Positions 20,304 through 33,253 are shown, counted from the stretch's first letter. The stretch: 64,000 nucleotides of DNA from an uncultured Lachnospiraceae bacterium (GCA_900542015.1 UQLY01000013.1:7961-71960); one strand, 5' to 3'. Notes: generated by a model from the sequence alone, not told the origin. A program made the numbers and translations.

Positions 20304-20854
20304 TTTCAAAAACCTATGGAGATGCTTTATTTGAGCTGGCGGTAGAAAAGCAATGTGAAGACGACCTGTTTGCCGAAGCGGAGGCGGTTTTGAAAGCGCT
20401 TGTCGATAACCCGGATTTTTCCAGGCTGATGACTCATCCCAAGATTTTAAAGGAAGAAAAGTTAAAGATTTTGGAAGAGGTCTTTCAGGGGCGCGTTTCA
20501 GACGAAATGACTGGATTTATGGAGATCGTCATTAAAAAGGACCGTTTTAGTGAAATGGAAGAAATTTTCCGCTATTTCATTTCCAGGGTAAAAGAATATA
20601 AAGGAATCGGAGTTGCATATGTCACGACTCCCCTCGGTTTGAATGAGATCCAGAAGGCAAATGTGAAAGAAAGACTGCTTGCCACGACTTCTTATAAGCA
20701 GATGGAGATCCATTACCGTGTGGATGAAGAGCTGATTGGCGGAATGGTAATCCGCATCGGCGACAGAGTGGTGGACAGTAGCGTCCGGACAAAATTAGAA
20801 GAGCTGAAACGGCAGCTTTTAAAGGTACGGCTTGACTGTGCCGACCGTAATTAA
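20291..20854 (+). CDS. atpH: F0F1 ATP synthase subunit delta
   Basis: 187-aa OSCP/delta-like protein between atpF and atpA, overlapping the atpF stop. Confidence 0.85.
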   Translation: MAKLISKTYGDALFELAVEKQCEDDLFAEAEAVLKALVDNPDFSRLMTHPKILKEEKLKILEEVFQGRVSDEMTGFMEIVIKKDRFSEMEEIFRYFISRVKEYKGIGVAYVTTPLGLNEIQKANVKERLLATTSYKQMEIHYRVDEELIGGMVIRIGDRVVDSSVRTKLEELKRQLLKVRLDCADRN

Positions 20855-20870
20855 AAAGAAAGGTGCGTAA

Positions 20871-22382
<1,512 letters not shown>

Positions 22383-22419
22383 GCATTAAATGAGCAACAG
22401 AAAGTAAAGGTGACAGACT

Positions 22420-24694
<2,275 letters not shown>

Positions 24695-24698
24695 TTAA

Positions 24699-25103
24699 GT
24701 GGCGGACGAAAGAGCATTTGAATTAAAGATCATTACACCCGACCGTGTTTTCTATGAAGGAAACGCGGACATGGTAGAGTTTAATACCACGGAAGGAGAA
24801 ATCGGCGTATATAAAAACCATATTCCGATGACCGTCATCATCAGTCCGGGTATTCTGACCATTACAGAGGCGGAGCAGACCAAAGAAGCTGCGCTTCATG
24901 CGGGATTTGCGGAAATCCTTCCCCATAAAGTTACGATTATGGCGGAGATTATAGAATGGCCTGATGAAATCGATGAAGAAAGGGCGGAGCAGGCGAAAGA
25001 GCGCGCTATGGACAGACTTTCGCACAAAACGTCGGAAACCGATGTGGCAAGAGCCGAAACCGCTCTCCAACGTGCCATTGCCCGTATTGAAGTATTAAAA
25101 TAA
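24699..25103 (+). CDS. atpC: F0F1 ATP synthase subunit epsilon
   Basis: 134 aa, beta-sandwich plus helical C-terminus; last gene of the operon. Confidence 0.9.
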   Translation: MADERAFELKIITPDRVFYEGNADMVEFNTTEGEIGVYKNHIPMTVIISPGILTITEAEQTKEAALHAGFAEILPHKVTIMAEIIEWPDEIDEERAEQAKERAMDRLSHKTSETDVARAETALQRAIARIEVLK

Positions 25104-25142
25104 TTAAAAACCAACGGCAGGAAATTTTTTCTCAGCCGTCCC

Positions 25143-25176
25143 GGGGGATGCCGCTAAAAGCCGCATCCCCCATTTT
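25143..25176 (+). terminator. Rho-independent terminator of the atp operon
   Basis: gggggatgccg-ctaaaag-ccgcatccccc hairpin followed by attttaaaat. Confidence 0.75.
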
Positions 25177-25611
25177 AAAATAAAAAAGCGAAAATCTATA
25201 TGTTTTCATAGAAAATACATATTTTCGACATAAAATAAAACCGAAAAAACAGAAACCAAATAGTAGATACAACCAAAACCCCTTCCCAAAATGGGAAAAA
25301 CGGAGACAGCCAGAAAGCAGGAGATTTGCATATTGCCTGATTTTTCAAGCCGTATGTAAAGAAGTGCCGATTTTTCTTACAGAATGCCTCACAACCAGGG
25401 TAATCCTGCCATGGATGGCAGGATTAGGTTCCGTCGTGCATGGATGCACGTTGGAACCGACCCGTCCGGTATTCAATAAATCGCCGCATTCTGTTAGAAA
25501 AATGCACTTCGTACTCCGGCTTGAAAAACCAAGCAATATGCAAATCTCCGTCCGGCATCACTTTTTCCCCATGTATCTACTATTTCCCATACATACAAAG
25601 GAGGACTCACA

Positions 25612-26013
25612 ATGAATGTTATTTCTCTTTTACTACCGAAAACACAGGTCGCTTATCTGGAGGAGGACGATTCGATCCGGCAGGGGCTGGAAAAGATGCG
25701 CGCCCACCGTTATACGGCGATTCCCGTTTTATCCAAGGACGGGCATTACATAGGGACCGTCAGCGAAGGCGACTTTTTATGGCATATAATAGAATGTCAG
25801 AACAACAGCCTGAAGGCACAGGAAATGCTTTCGATCAGGGAAGTGCTGCGCGACAGCTTTAATCCGGCGGTAAAGATCGGCGTTTCCATGGAAGAATTGC
25901 TGGAAAAGGTCATGCAGCAAAATTTTGTGCCCGTAGTGGACGACCGGGACTTTTTTATCGGTATCGTTACCAGACAGAGCATTATCAGAAATCTGCTGAC
26001 GACGAAAAAATAA
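25612..26013 (+). CDS. CBS-pair domain protein (133 aa)
   Basis: Two CBS motifs (HRYTAIPVLSKDGHYIGTVSEGD / NFVPVVDDRDFFIGIVTRQ). RBS AAAGGAGG. Confidence 0.8.
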   Translation: MNVISLLLPKTQVAYLEEDDSIRQGLEKMRAHRYTAIPVLSKDGHYIGTVSEGDFLWHIIECQNNSLKAQEMLSIREVLRDSFNPAVKIGVSMEELLEKVMQQNFVPVVDDRDFFIGIVTRQSIIRNLLTTKK

Positions 26014-26042
26014 CTGCGGCAGACAACAATGAGGGACGGAAT

Positions 26043-26608
26043 ATGAAAGAACTGTATTCTATCGGAGAGGCTGCAGGGATTATGGGGATTTCCGTACAGA
26101 CTCTTAGAAATTATGCTAATTCGGAGCTGTTGAAGCCTCAATATATTGATGAAAAAACGGGGTACCGTTATTATTCCTTTAAACAGTTTCATATGATCGA
26201 CAGGATTGCTATCTGCGAAGTCTGAACATGCCTCTTTCGGAAATCGAGGAGATTATGAAAAGCGGAAACGTAGACGGATTAAGCGGGCACCTCGCCCTGC
26301 AAAAGAGCAGGATTGCGGGTAAAATTGAAGAACTGCAGGGAAAACCGGACGATATCCAATGGTATGAGAAATATTTCGCTTATATGAAAGACGATCCTTT
26401 GGACGGACATACCTATAAAATAATTTTGCCGGAACGCTATGCGATCTTTGAAGAATACAAAGAAGGCGATACGGTGGAAACCATCGAGGCGCGGCTTGTC
26501 ATATTAAAGCACCGCTGCGAGGCGGCAAGTCTGGCGGCATTGTCGCACTGTCTGCGGATACGCAGGTTGGCGGTATGGATTCCGCGGTACACAAGCCAGG
26601 AAGCATAA
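26043..26608 (+). pseudogene. MerR-family transcriptional regulator, disrupted by a frameshift (ORFs 26043-26225 and 26228-26608 in different frames)
   Basis: N-terminal HTH (YSIGEAAGIMGISVQTLRNYANSELL). The reading frame stops at ...RIAICEV*. The -1/+2 frame at the same position reads ...YLRSLNMPLSEIEEIM, the canonical MerR helix-5 junction, and continues as the second ORF. Confidence 0.7.
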
Positions 26609-26934
26609 GGGCAGCCGGAGGTACCTGTCAGCATACGGACAGAATGGATGTTTTCATATAAATTCATATCTTTTACGGTAATGGAGCCTGCAAGGGCGTC
26701 GGAATGTCCGTTGATAAACTTAGTCAGGCTGTTGATCACGATGTCCGCGCCCAAAGTAAGGGGCTTGATGCAGATCGGGCTAGTAAAAGTGTTGTCCACC
26801 ATCAGCAGAACATTCTGTGTATGAGCGATATTGGCAAGCTCTCCGATATCGCAAAGACGGTCTGTAGGGTTGCTCGCCACCTCGGTATATAGCATTTTCG
26901 TGTTGGAAGGCATCGCCTCTTTGACTGCCTCCAA
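26437..26934 (-). pseudogene. Fragment of a Cys/Met-metabolism PLP-dependent enzyme (cystathionine gamma-synthase / O-acetylhomoserine sulfhydrylase family), N-terminally truncated
   Basis: 165-aa ORF begins at the equivalent of residue ~140 of the family (LMVDNTFTSPICIKPLTLGADIVINSLTKFINGHSDALAGSI...) with no upstream coding sequence. Its 3' end overlaps the MerR remnant and degenerates. Confidence 0.7.
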
Positions 26935-27166
26935 ATTGTCAAAAGGAACAAAAGTAGTTTCCGCGACAGGTATCTGATTATTTTTATAAACTCTATAATA
27001 GTATTAGAGTCAAGGGAAAAAATAAAAAAAGTTGTTTTGATATGGAGAGCAGACATAGAAAAAAGCAAAAAGCGTTGGATCAATGTTTTGACAGAGGAGA
27101 GCCAGAAAGAAGGAACAATCCATATAAATCGCACATAATATAATAAAAAACGGAGTCGCTTCGGCT

Positions 27167-27556
27167 ATGGACAATCGAAAAATTCTTCCTTTTTACATGA
27201 CCTATCCGCTTCCTTTATATTATGAAGACGAGCATGAATGGATGAAAGATATGGAATATCTTCAGGGGCAGCATCCCATAGAGATCAGAATACTGCAGGG
27301 GGAAGTCGTGCAGTTTATGAATATGATGGACTATAGCGGCAGTATGATTTATGATGAATATCCCGATCGCTTTCTTTTGCAGAAATACGGAAAGGATATT
27401 GCGGATAAAGTGCGTAGAAAATATAAAGATGATGTGGAAAACCCCGTCCATAAAACCCTTGACTGGGACGGATTTGAAGAGATTATTATGTTATTGCTGC
27501 ATGAGGAAATCCTCAAAAGGCGTCATCGCAGAAACAGAGGGTCTCTCAGATTTTAA
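27167..27556 (+). CDS. Hypothetical protein (129 aa, acidic/aromatic-rich N-terminus, basic C-terminus)
   Basis: ORF with a modest RBS; no family recognised. Confidence 0.4.
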   Translation: MDNRKILPFYMTYPLPLYYEDEHEWMKDMEYLQGQHPIEIRILQGEVVQFMNMMDYSGSMIYDEYPDRFLLQKYGKDIADKVRRKYKDDVENPVHKTLDWDGFEEIIMLLLHEEILKRRHRRNRGSLRF

Positions 27557-27757
27557 TGGAAGGTTTTAGCAGAAAGCGTGGAAACGCCACCGGTTTATGA
27601 AAAAACGTGTACGCCGGCGGCGTTTTTTGGCGCTTTAAAAAGAAAGGCAGGAGAGGAGTTCAGAGAAATTTTAGTTGTGGTTTTGAGGGAAAGGAATTAG
27701 AATAGAGTCATACTTATGTACAAATGAAAATAAAGAATACCGTAAAGGAACTGCAGC

Positions 27758-28951
27758 ATGGATAAATTAGAGGAGCTTCTTTCGCAAATATTAAATGAAA
27801 ACCTGACGCAGATCGTGATCAGCGGACCTAAGAAAAGCGACGCTGCAAAATCGGAGCATTTTGTCAGGAAAATTCAGATCCGTCCGGTGTTATTAAAGGG
27901 ACAGCTCTTATTTCAGGCGTCAAGCTACACAAAAAAGCAGGTCTTTCATGAAAATCTCTCAAGGCAGCAGGCAATAGACTATATCGCAAAGGCAATGGGA
28001 GATTATAAACAGTTGCAAGCCTATGGAGACGGGATAAAGGCAGACGTGCTGTCCGGGAAAAAGGGCAATCTGTCGATCAAAAGCGAGATAACGCCGCCGG
28101 CGGGCAAGGAAGGGGAAAGCGGGGAGCGAAAGGCGTCTCTGTCCCATAACCGGGAAAAGGAATCGATTCTGCCCAAGGATGAGCCGGTGCCTTTTTTGGT
28201 AGATTTGGGAGTACAGACCAAAGAAGGCAGGATCGTTGCCGGGAAATATGATAAATTCCGCCAGATCAACCGCTTTTTGGAGTTTATCAGGGATATTTTG
28301 CCTGTTCTGCCCAAGGATGAGCCGGTTTCCATTCTGGATTTTGGCTGCGGGAAAAGCTATCTGACCTTTGCCATGTATTATTACCTGAGGATCATGAACG
28401 GGTTGGACGTGGATATTGTAGGGCTGGATTTGAAGGAAGACGTGATTGAAAAATGCAACCGGCTGAAGGAAAGCTATGGATATGACCATCTGCATTTTCT
28501 CGTAGGGGATATCGGACAGTACGAAGGCAAGTCCCGGGTGGATATGGTGGTAACGCTTCATGCCTGCGATACGGCGACGGATTATGCTTTGGCAAAGGCG
28601 GTAAAGTGGAATGCGAAAGTTATTTTGTCCGTTCCCTGCTGTCAGCACGAATTAAACGGACAAATATCCCAGGAGCTGTTGCAGCCGGTATTGAAATACG
28701 GACTTTTGAAGGAACGGATTTCCGCGCTTTTGACGGACGGCATCAGAGCCTCTCTGCTGGAAGAGGCGGGATATGACGTGCAGGTTTTGGAATTTATCGA
28801 TATGGAGCATACGCCCAAAAATATTTTGCTGCGGTGCGTTAAAAATACCCGTATGCGGGCGAAAAACAGCGCGCGGCTTGATGAAATGATTGATTTTTTG
28901 AACGGGAAGCCGACGCTTCAAAAGTTATTGAAAGAACAACAGGGTGAATAA
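27758..28951 (+). CDS. Class I SAM-dependent methyltransferase with N-terminal extension (Methyltransf_32-like)
   Basis: Motif I ILDFGCGKSYL, motif IV-like LHACDTATD, and a conserved CCQHE. The stop overlaps the start of the next gene by 8 nt. Confidence 0.7.
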   Translation: MDKLEELLSQILNENLTQIVISGPKKSDAAKSEHFVRKIQIRPVLLKGQLLFQASSYTKKQVFHENLSRQQAIDYIAKAMGDYKQLQAYGDGIKADVLSGKKGNLSIKSEITPPAGKEGESGERKASLSHNREKESILPKDEPVPFLVDLGVQTKEGRIVAGKYDKFRQINRFLEFIRDILPVLPKDEPVSILDFGCGKSYLTFAMYYYLRIMNGLDVDIVGLDLKEDVIEKCNRLKESYGYDHLHFLVGDIGQYEGKSRVDMVVTLHACDTATDYALAKAVKWNAKVILSVPCCQHELNGQISQELLQPVLKYGLLKERISALLTDGIRASLLEEAGYDVQVLEFIDMEHTPKNILLRCVKNTRMRAKNSARLDEMIDFLNGKPTLQKLLKEQQGE

Positions 28952-31490
28952 GGATATTATGAAAAAGGGATTGATAAAAGGAATTGTCTGTTTCGTAACG
29001 TTTATGGTGTCGCTGTTTGTGATCAGCGCCGTTATGAACAGAGGAAATACGGATATTACCATGGAAATGAGCGCGGCGTCCTATCCGCTTGTGTATATCA
29101 ATTATGAAGGAGAACATATTAACTGCCTGCACGGATACAGTAACGAAATGGACGTTTCGTTTATGCGGGATACGGTAACGCCTTTGGGAGAGGACCGGAA
29201 AATCTCCCTGTATATTGATAAATTTAACAGCGATATTGCCTCTCTGTCTTTTGAGGTGCGCTCCACGGACGGAGAGAGGCTGATTGAAAATTCCGAGATC
29301 TTTAATTATAAGGAAAAGGACGCGGGAATTTCCGCGGACGTGGTTATTAAGGATCTGATCGAACAGGACACGGAATATGAGTTTATCGTTCTTGTGGAGA
29401 CGGCGGAAGGAAAGACGCTGCGGTATTATACCCGCATTATTCAAAGAAGCGAAAATCATGCGGGAGAAGAAATCCGTTTTGTACAGGATTTCCATACGAA
29501 AACCTTTGACAAAGATGCGGCAAGGGATTTGACAAAATATCTGGAGACCGATGAAACCGGGGATAACACCTCGTACAGTTATGTGAATATCCACAGCAGT
29601 TTTTCCCAGCTTACCTGGGGGGATTTGAAGGTGAAAAAAATCTCGGAACCGCAGATTTACGTCACGGAATTTTTTTCACAGACGATGCGTGTGAAAATGA
29701 CCTATTTTGTATCGGTAACGACCGAAGAGGGCGAAAAAAGATGCAGAGTGGAGGAATTTTACAGACTCCGTTACGGAACGCAGAGAATTTATCTGTTGGA
29801 TTTTGAGAGAACCATGAACGAAGTGTTTGAAATGGATATAGAGGCGTTTAATAAAAATAAGCTGGATCTGGGTATCCGAAGCGCTGATGTGGAAATGATG
29901 GAGAGCGAGGATGGCGGTGTTTTTGCCTTTGTATCGGAGAACAGACTGTTTTGCTACAATTCCACAAGCAACCGATTCGCGCAGCTGTTTGGTTTTTATG
30001 AAAAGGATCACGAGGACGAAAGGACCTTTTATGACCAGAATGATATTCGCATTTTGAACGTGGACGAGACGGGAAACGTACAGTTTATGGTATACGGTTA
30101 TATGAACCGCGGCACCCACGAGGGAAATATGGGCATTGCGGTCTATTTCTATAACAGCGTGCTCAATACCATTGAGGAGGAAGTGTTTATTCCTTATGAC
30201 AAATCCTATGCGGTGCTTGCCAGCGATTTGCAGCAACTGACTTATCTTAACAGCAGCAACGAGCTGTTCCTCTATCTGGGCGGCAGTATCTTTTGCGTGC
30301 ACCTCGAGGAAAACAGCTACGAGACGGTCGCGGAAAACCTTCCTCAGGGGAGTCTCAAGGTATCCCAATCGAACCGGATGGCGGTATGGCCGGAAGGAGA
30401 GGATTTAAACAGGAGCACAAGTCTGGCGTTGATGAATTTAAACAGCCGCAGTATTTCTACGGTAGAGGCGGGAAGCGGAAATTATATCCGCCCCCTGGGA
30501 TTTATGGAGGAAGATTTGATTTACGGGCTTGTCAGGGCGTCGGATATCTATACGGACAATGCGGGCAGCATTTTAATGCCGATGTTTCGCATCAGTATTT
30601 GCAGCGGTTCGGACAATACGGTTACGATGAACTATGAAAAGTCCGGAATTTATGTGACGGATATCAGTATTGAGGACAATCAGATCAATCTGGAACGGGT
30701 TAGCAGAGATGCGGAGAGCGGGACCTATGTTTCCGTCGTTTCGGATCAGATCATGAGTGCGGAAACCGGATTAGCGGGTGAAAACGTGGTGGAATTGGCG
30801 GCGACCGAGGCTAGGGAAACGATTGTGCAGATTGCGGCAAAGGGAACCATTGAGACAAAGTCACTGAAATTTTTGACGCCGAAAGAGGTCATGTATGAAG
30901 GCGGGCATGAGATGGTGTTCGGTTATCCTGAGCAGACGGAGCATAAGTATTATATTTACGGGGCGGACGGAATAACCGGAGTGTATTCCAGTCCCTCGGA
31001 AGCGATTATCTCGGCGGACGAAACGGCGGGAACAGTCATCAACGAGGCGGGCGATTATGTGTGGGTCAAAGGAAACCGCGTAACCCGCAATCAGATAATG
31101 AAGATCGAAGGAACCGCAGCGGATGAGGAAAATTCCTCCCTTGCCGTATGCCTGAATACGATGCTTGGGGCGGAAGGCATTACCCGCAACAGCCAGTATA
31201 TGCTGGACCAGGGGCAATCCGTACTCTCCATTCTGGAAGAGCAGATGCCGGAAGCGGAAATACTGGATTTAAGCGGATGCAGCCTCGATTCCGTACTCTA
31301 CTACGTCAACAGGGACATTCCGGTCATGGCGATCTTAAAGGATAAAAGCGCGGTGCTGATCGTAGGCTTTAACGAACTGAATACGGTCATTATGGACCCT
31401 GCAACCGGCACGATTTATAAAAAGGGAATGAATGATTCGACGCAGTGGTTCCAGGAGAATGGGAATCAGTTTATAGCGTATATACGATAA
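28944..31490 (+). CDS. Large membrane-anchored protein (848 aa) with C-terminal peptidase-C39-like domain
   Basis: N-terminal TM helix (GIVCFVTFMVSLFVISAV), ~700 aa of extracytoplasmic sequence, and a C-terminal ~130 aa with a C39-like Cys (SSLAVCLNTMLGAEG). Translationally coupled to the methyltransferase. Confidence 0.6.
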   Translation: MNKDIMKKGLIKGIVCFVTFMVSLFVISAVMNRGNTDITMEMSAASYPLVYINYEGEHINCLHGYSNEMDVSFMRDTVTPLGEDRKISLYIDKFNSDIASLSFEVRSTDGERLIENSEIFNYKEKDAGISADVVIKDLIEQDTEYEFIVLVETAEGKTLRYYTRIIQRSENHAGEEIRFVQDFHTKTFDKDAARDLTKYLETDETGDNTSYSYVNIHSSFSQLTWGDLKVKKISEPQIYVTEFFSQTMRVKMTYFVSVTTEEGEKRCRVEEFYRLRYGTQRIYLLDFERTMNEVFEMDIEAFNKNKLDLGIRSADVEMMESEDGGVFAFVSENRLFCYNSTSNRFAQLFGFYEKDHEDERTFYDQNDIRILNVDETGNVQFMVYGYMNRGTHEGNMGIAVYFYNSVLNTIEEEVFIPYDKSYAVLASDLQQLTYLNSSNELFLYLGGSIFCVHLEENSYETVAENLPQGSLKVSQSNRMAVWPEGEDLNRSTSLALMNLNSRSISTVEAGSGNYIRPLGFMEEDLIYGLVRASDIYTDNAGSILMPMFRISICSGSDNTVTMNYEKSGIYVTDISIEDNQINLERVSRDAESGTYVSVVSDQIMSAETGLAGENVVELAATEARETIVQIAAKGTIETKSLKFLTPKEVMYEGGHEMVFGYPEQTEHKYYIYGADGITGVYSSPSEAIISADETAGTVINEAGDYVWVKGNRVTRNQIMKIEGTAADEENSSLAVCLNTMLGAEGITRNSQYMLDQGQSVLSILEEQMPEAEILDLSGCSLDSVLYYVNRDIPVMAILKDKSAVLIVGFNELNTVIMDPATGTIYKKGMNDSTQWFQENGNQFIAYIR

Positions 31491-31519
31491 TTAGAATGAA
31501 AAGGGGATGAGAAGGGGAC

Positions 31520-31690
31520 GGCTGTCAGCGGCTGGGAAACGAACAAAGCAGAGTATCACGGAAACACGCTTGCGCTCTGCAAGGACGCAGCGGGCGCATA
31601 AGATTGCAAAAGACGCAATCTAAGCGCCGGCGTCCTTGCAAAGGTTTCCTTTGATACTCTGCTTTGTTCGTTTCCCAGCCGCTGACAGCC
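31520..31690. repeat. 171-bp imperfect palindrome (39-bp perfect outer arms), related to the MITE-like repeats B and C
   Basis: Arms ggctgtcagcggctgggaaacgaacaaagcagagtatca (31520-31558) and its exact reverse complement (31652-31690). Inner imperfect pairing down to a central gattgc-aaaa-gacgcaatc hairpin. It carries the cacggaaacacgctt and aaaggtttcctttgat motifs shared with repeats B and C, and is followed by a T-run. Confidence 0.85.
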
Positions 31691-31778
31691 TGTTTTTCGG
31701 ACCTTTTTAATATGATGTATATTAGCTGATGGCATACCGGCTGATTGTATATTGACTGTATCGGGGAAGTATGATTCA

Positions 31779-31954
31779 GGGAGCCTCCGCATTTATATTG
31801 ATCAATTTATATATCGATCAAAGGAAACCTTTATAAAAACACCGGTACTTAATCCGCGTATTTTGCGGATTTATGTACCGCTGCGTTTTTATAGAGCGAA
31901 AGCGTGTTTCCGTGAGCGATATATAAATTGATCAATATAAATGCGGAGGCTCCT
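31779..31954. repeat. MITE-like palindromic repeat, copy B (~175 bp, ~38-bp terminal inverted repeats)
   Basis: Left end gagcctccgcatttatattgatcaatttatatatcg is the exact reverse complement of the right end. The internal core (atcgatcaaaggaaacctttataaaaacaccggtacttaatccgcgtattttgcggatttatgtaccgctgcgtttttata) is shared with copy C and has a nested hairpin plus U-run. Confidence 0.85.
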
Positions 31955-31968
31955 ACATTACTTCAATT

Positions 31969-32457
31969 TTAAGTACGGAAGAGGATATGGCGGTATTTTT
32001 GGAGGAGGAATAAAAGGAGCATTCCCAGGATTCCGCAGGCTAGTACTTCACCGATGCCGACGGTCAGCATGAAGAAGGGAATGCCGCCGGGGATTCCGTA
32101 AGCATAATGCAGGACAAAAGGGATAATGAGGATATTTGACAAAATAGGGGGAACGGGAGCGAGCCACTTCCATTTACGGAGAGCATAGGTTCCCAGGGCG
32201 CCGAGCAGCGTGGCAAGGCTGCCAAATATAATATCCCAGATGGGCGCGCCGGTCATAAAATTGCTCAGTAAACAGCCTATAAAAAGACCGGGAATGGCGG
32301 CAGGCGTAAAAAACGGTAAGATGGTAAGAGCTTCGGAAATTCGGAATTGAATGGCGCCGTTTGCCAGTTGAAAGACATCAATGGCGAGGGTAAGCACCAC
32401 ATAGATTGCGGCGATAACCGCTGACTGCGTGATAAAGTAAGCTTTTTTGTTTTTCAT
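31969..32457 (-). CDS. queT: Queuosine-precursor transporter QueT (ECF S-component-like)
   Basis: 162-aa multi-TM protein MKNKKAYFITQSAVIAAIYVVLT..., typical of the QueT family. Confidence 0.8.
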   Translation of the reverse strand: MKNKKAYFITQSAVIAAIYVVLTLAIDVFQLANGAIQFRISEALTILPFFTPAAIPGLFIGCLLSNFMTGAPIWDIIFGSLATLLGALGTYALRKWKWLAPVPPILSNILIIPFVLHYAYGIPGGIPFFMLTVGIGEVLACGILGMLLLFLLQKYRHILFRT

Positions 32458-32525
32458 ATTTTTTTCTCCTTTAGTTTTGTTTTTCAGTCCGCGCCGCTAT
32501 GCGCGAACCGAGGTCAGGAAGGTCT
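32458..32525 (-). promoter_or_regulatory. Candidate preQ1-I riboswitch in the queT 5' leader
   Basis: Minus-strand RNA ...GGUUCGCGCAUAGCGGCGCGGACUGAAAAACAAAACUAAAGGAGaaaaaaauAUG has a 5-bp GC hairpin followed by an A-rich tail ending CUAAAGGAG. This resembles the preQ1-I tail AAAAAACUAAGGA, which sequesters the SD. queT is a classic preQ1-riboswitch target, but the loop is shorter than consensus. Confidence 0.35.
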
Positions 32526-32758
32526 CGAACTGACCGTTTTTCCATGAGAGCGTTTTGCAGCTCTATGGTTTTGCAACGTTGCCAGTGTAGCATAAAGGGA
32601 GCAAAAATGCAATGATAAAATAATTTGTCGGAGTTTGGCGGGGAATGGCGGTTAAAACCGATTAAATCTTTATAAAACCGGGGGCAAAGCGATTGACTTT
32701 TGCGATTCCGTATTTTACCATGAAACATAATAAGAAGTTTGTGAACGGAGGGAAAAGC

Positions 32759-33169
32759 ATGGATTTTTTAAGTAAGGTATCAGCGAAGGCGGGCGAAACA
32801 TTTCAGACCATAAAGGATAGTGAAGTAACGAAAAAGGCGAAAAACTATGCGGGCATTCCGGGACTGCAGGTGCAGGTCGGCAAGTGCGAGAGTTTGATCA
32901 AGAAAGCATATGAAGAGATCGGCGAAGCGTATTTTAAGGCGCATGAGCACGAGGACGGCGGCGAATACGCGGAGAAGTTCGGGATCATTAAGGAAAATAT
33001 GCAAAAGATCGGTCAGTTGAAAGCCGAGATTGAGGAGAAGAAAAAGGGCGGAGACAATACGACCGAGGCAAAGGAAGGAGACGTCTCCATTGAAAAAGTA
33101 TGTCCGATCTGCGGAAGGACCGTTCCCGACGACGCGGCATTCTGCAGCGTCTGCGGACACCAGTTTTAA
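32759..33169 (+). CDS. Small zinc-ribbon protein (136 aa from ATG 32759)
   Basis: RBS GGAGGGAAAAGC-ATG. C-terminal CPICGRTVPDDAAFCSVCGHQF zinc ribbon. The ORF track's longer version starts at 32693. Confidence 0.6.
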   Translation: MDFLSKVSAKAGETFQTIKDSEVTKKAKNYAGIPGLQVQVGKCESLIKKAYEEIGEAYFKAHEHEDGGEYAEKFGIIKENMQKIGQLKAEIEEKKKGGDNTTEAKEGDVSIEKVCPICGRTVPDDAAFCSVCGHQF

Positions 33170-33253
33170 CCCCAGCGTCCTCTAACAAAGAGCCGGACCA
33201 AGAAAATACAAAAAGGATATAAAAGGATACAAAAAAGGGCTGCCACATTTATA

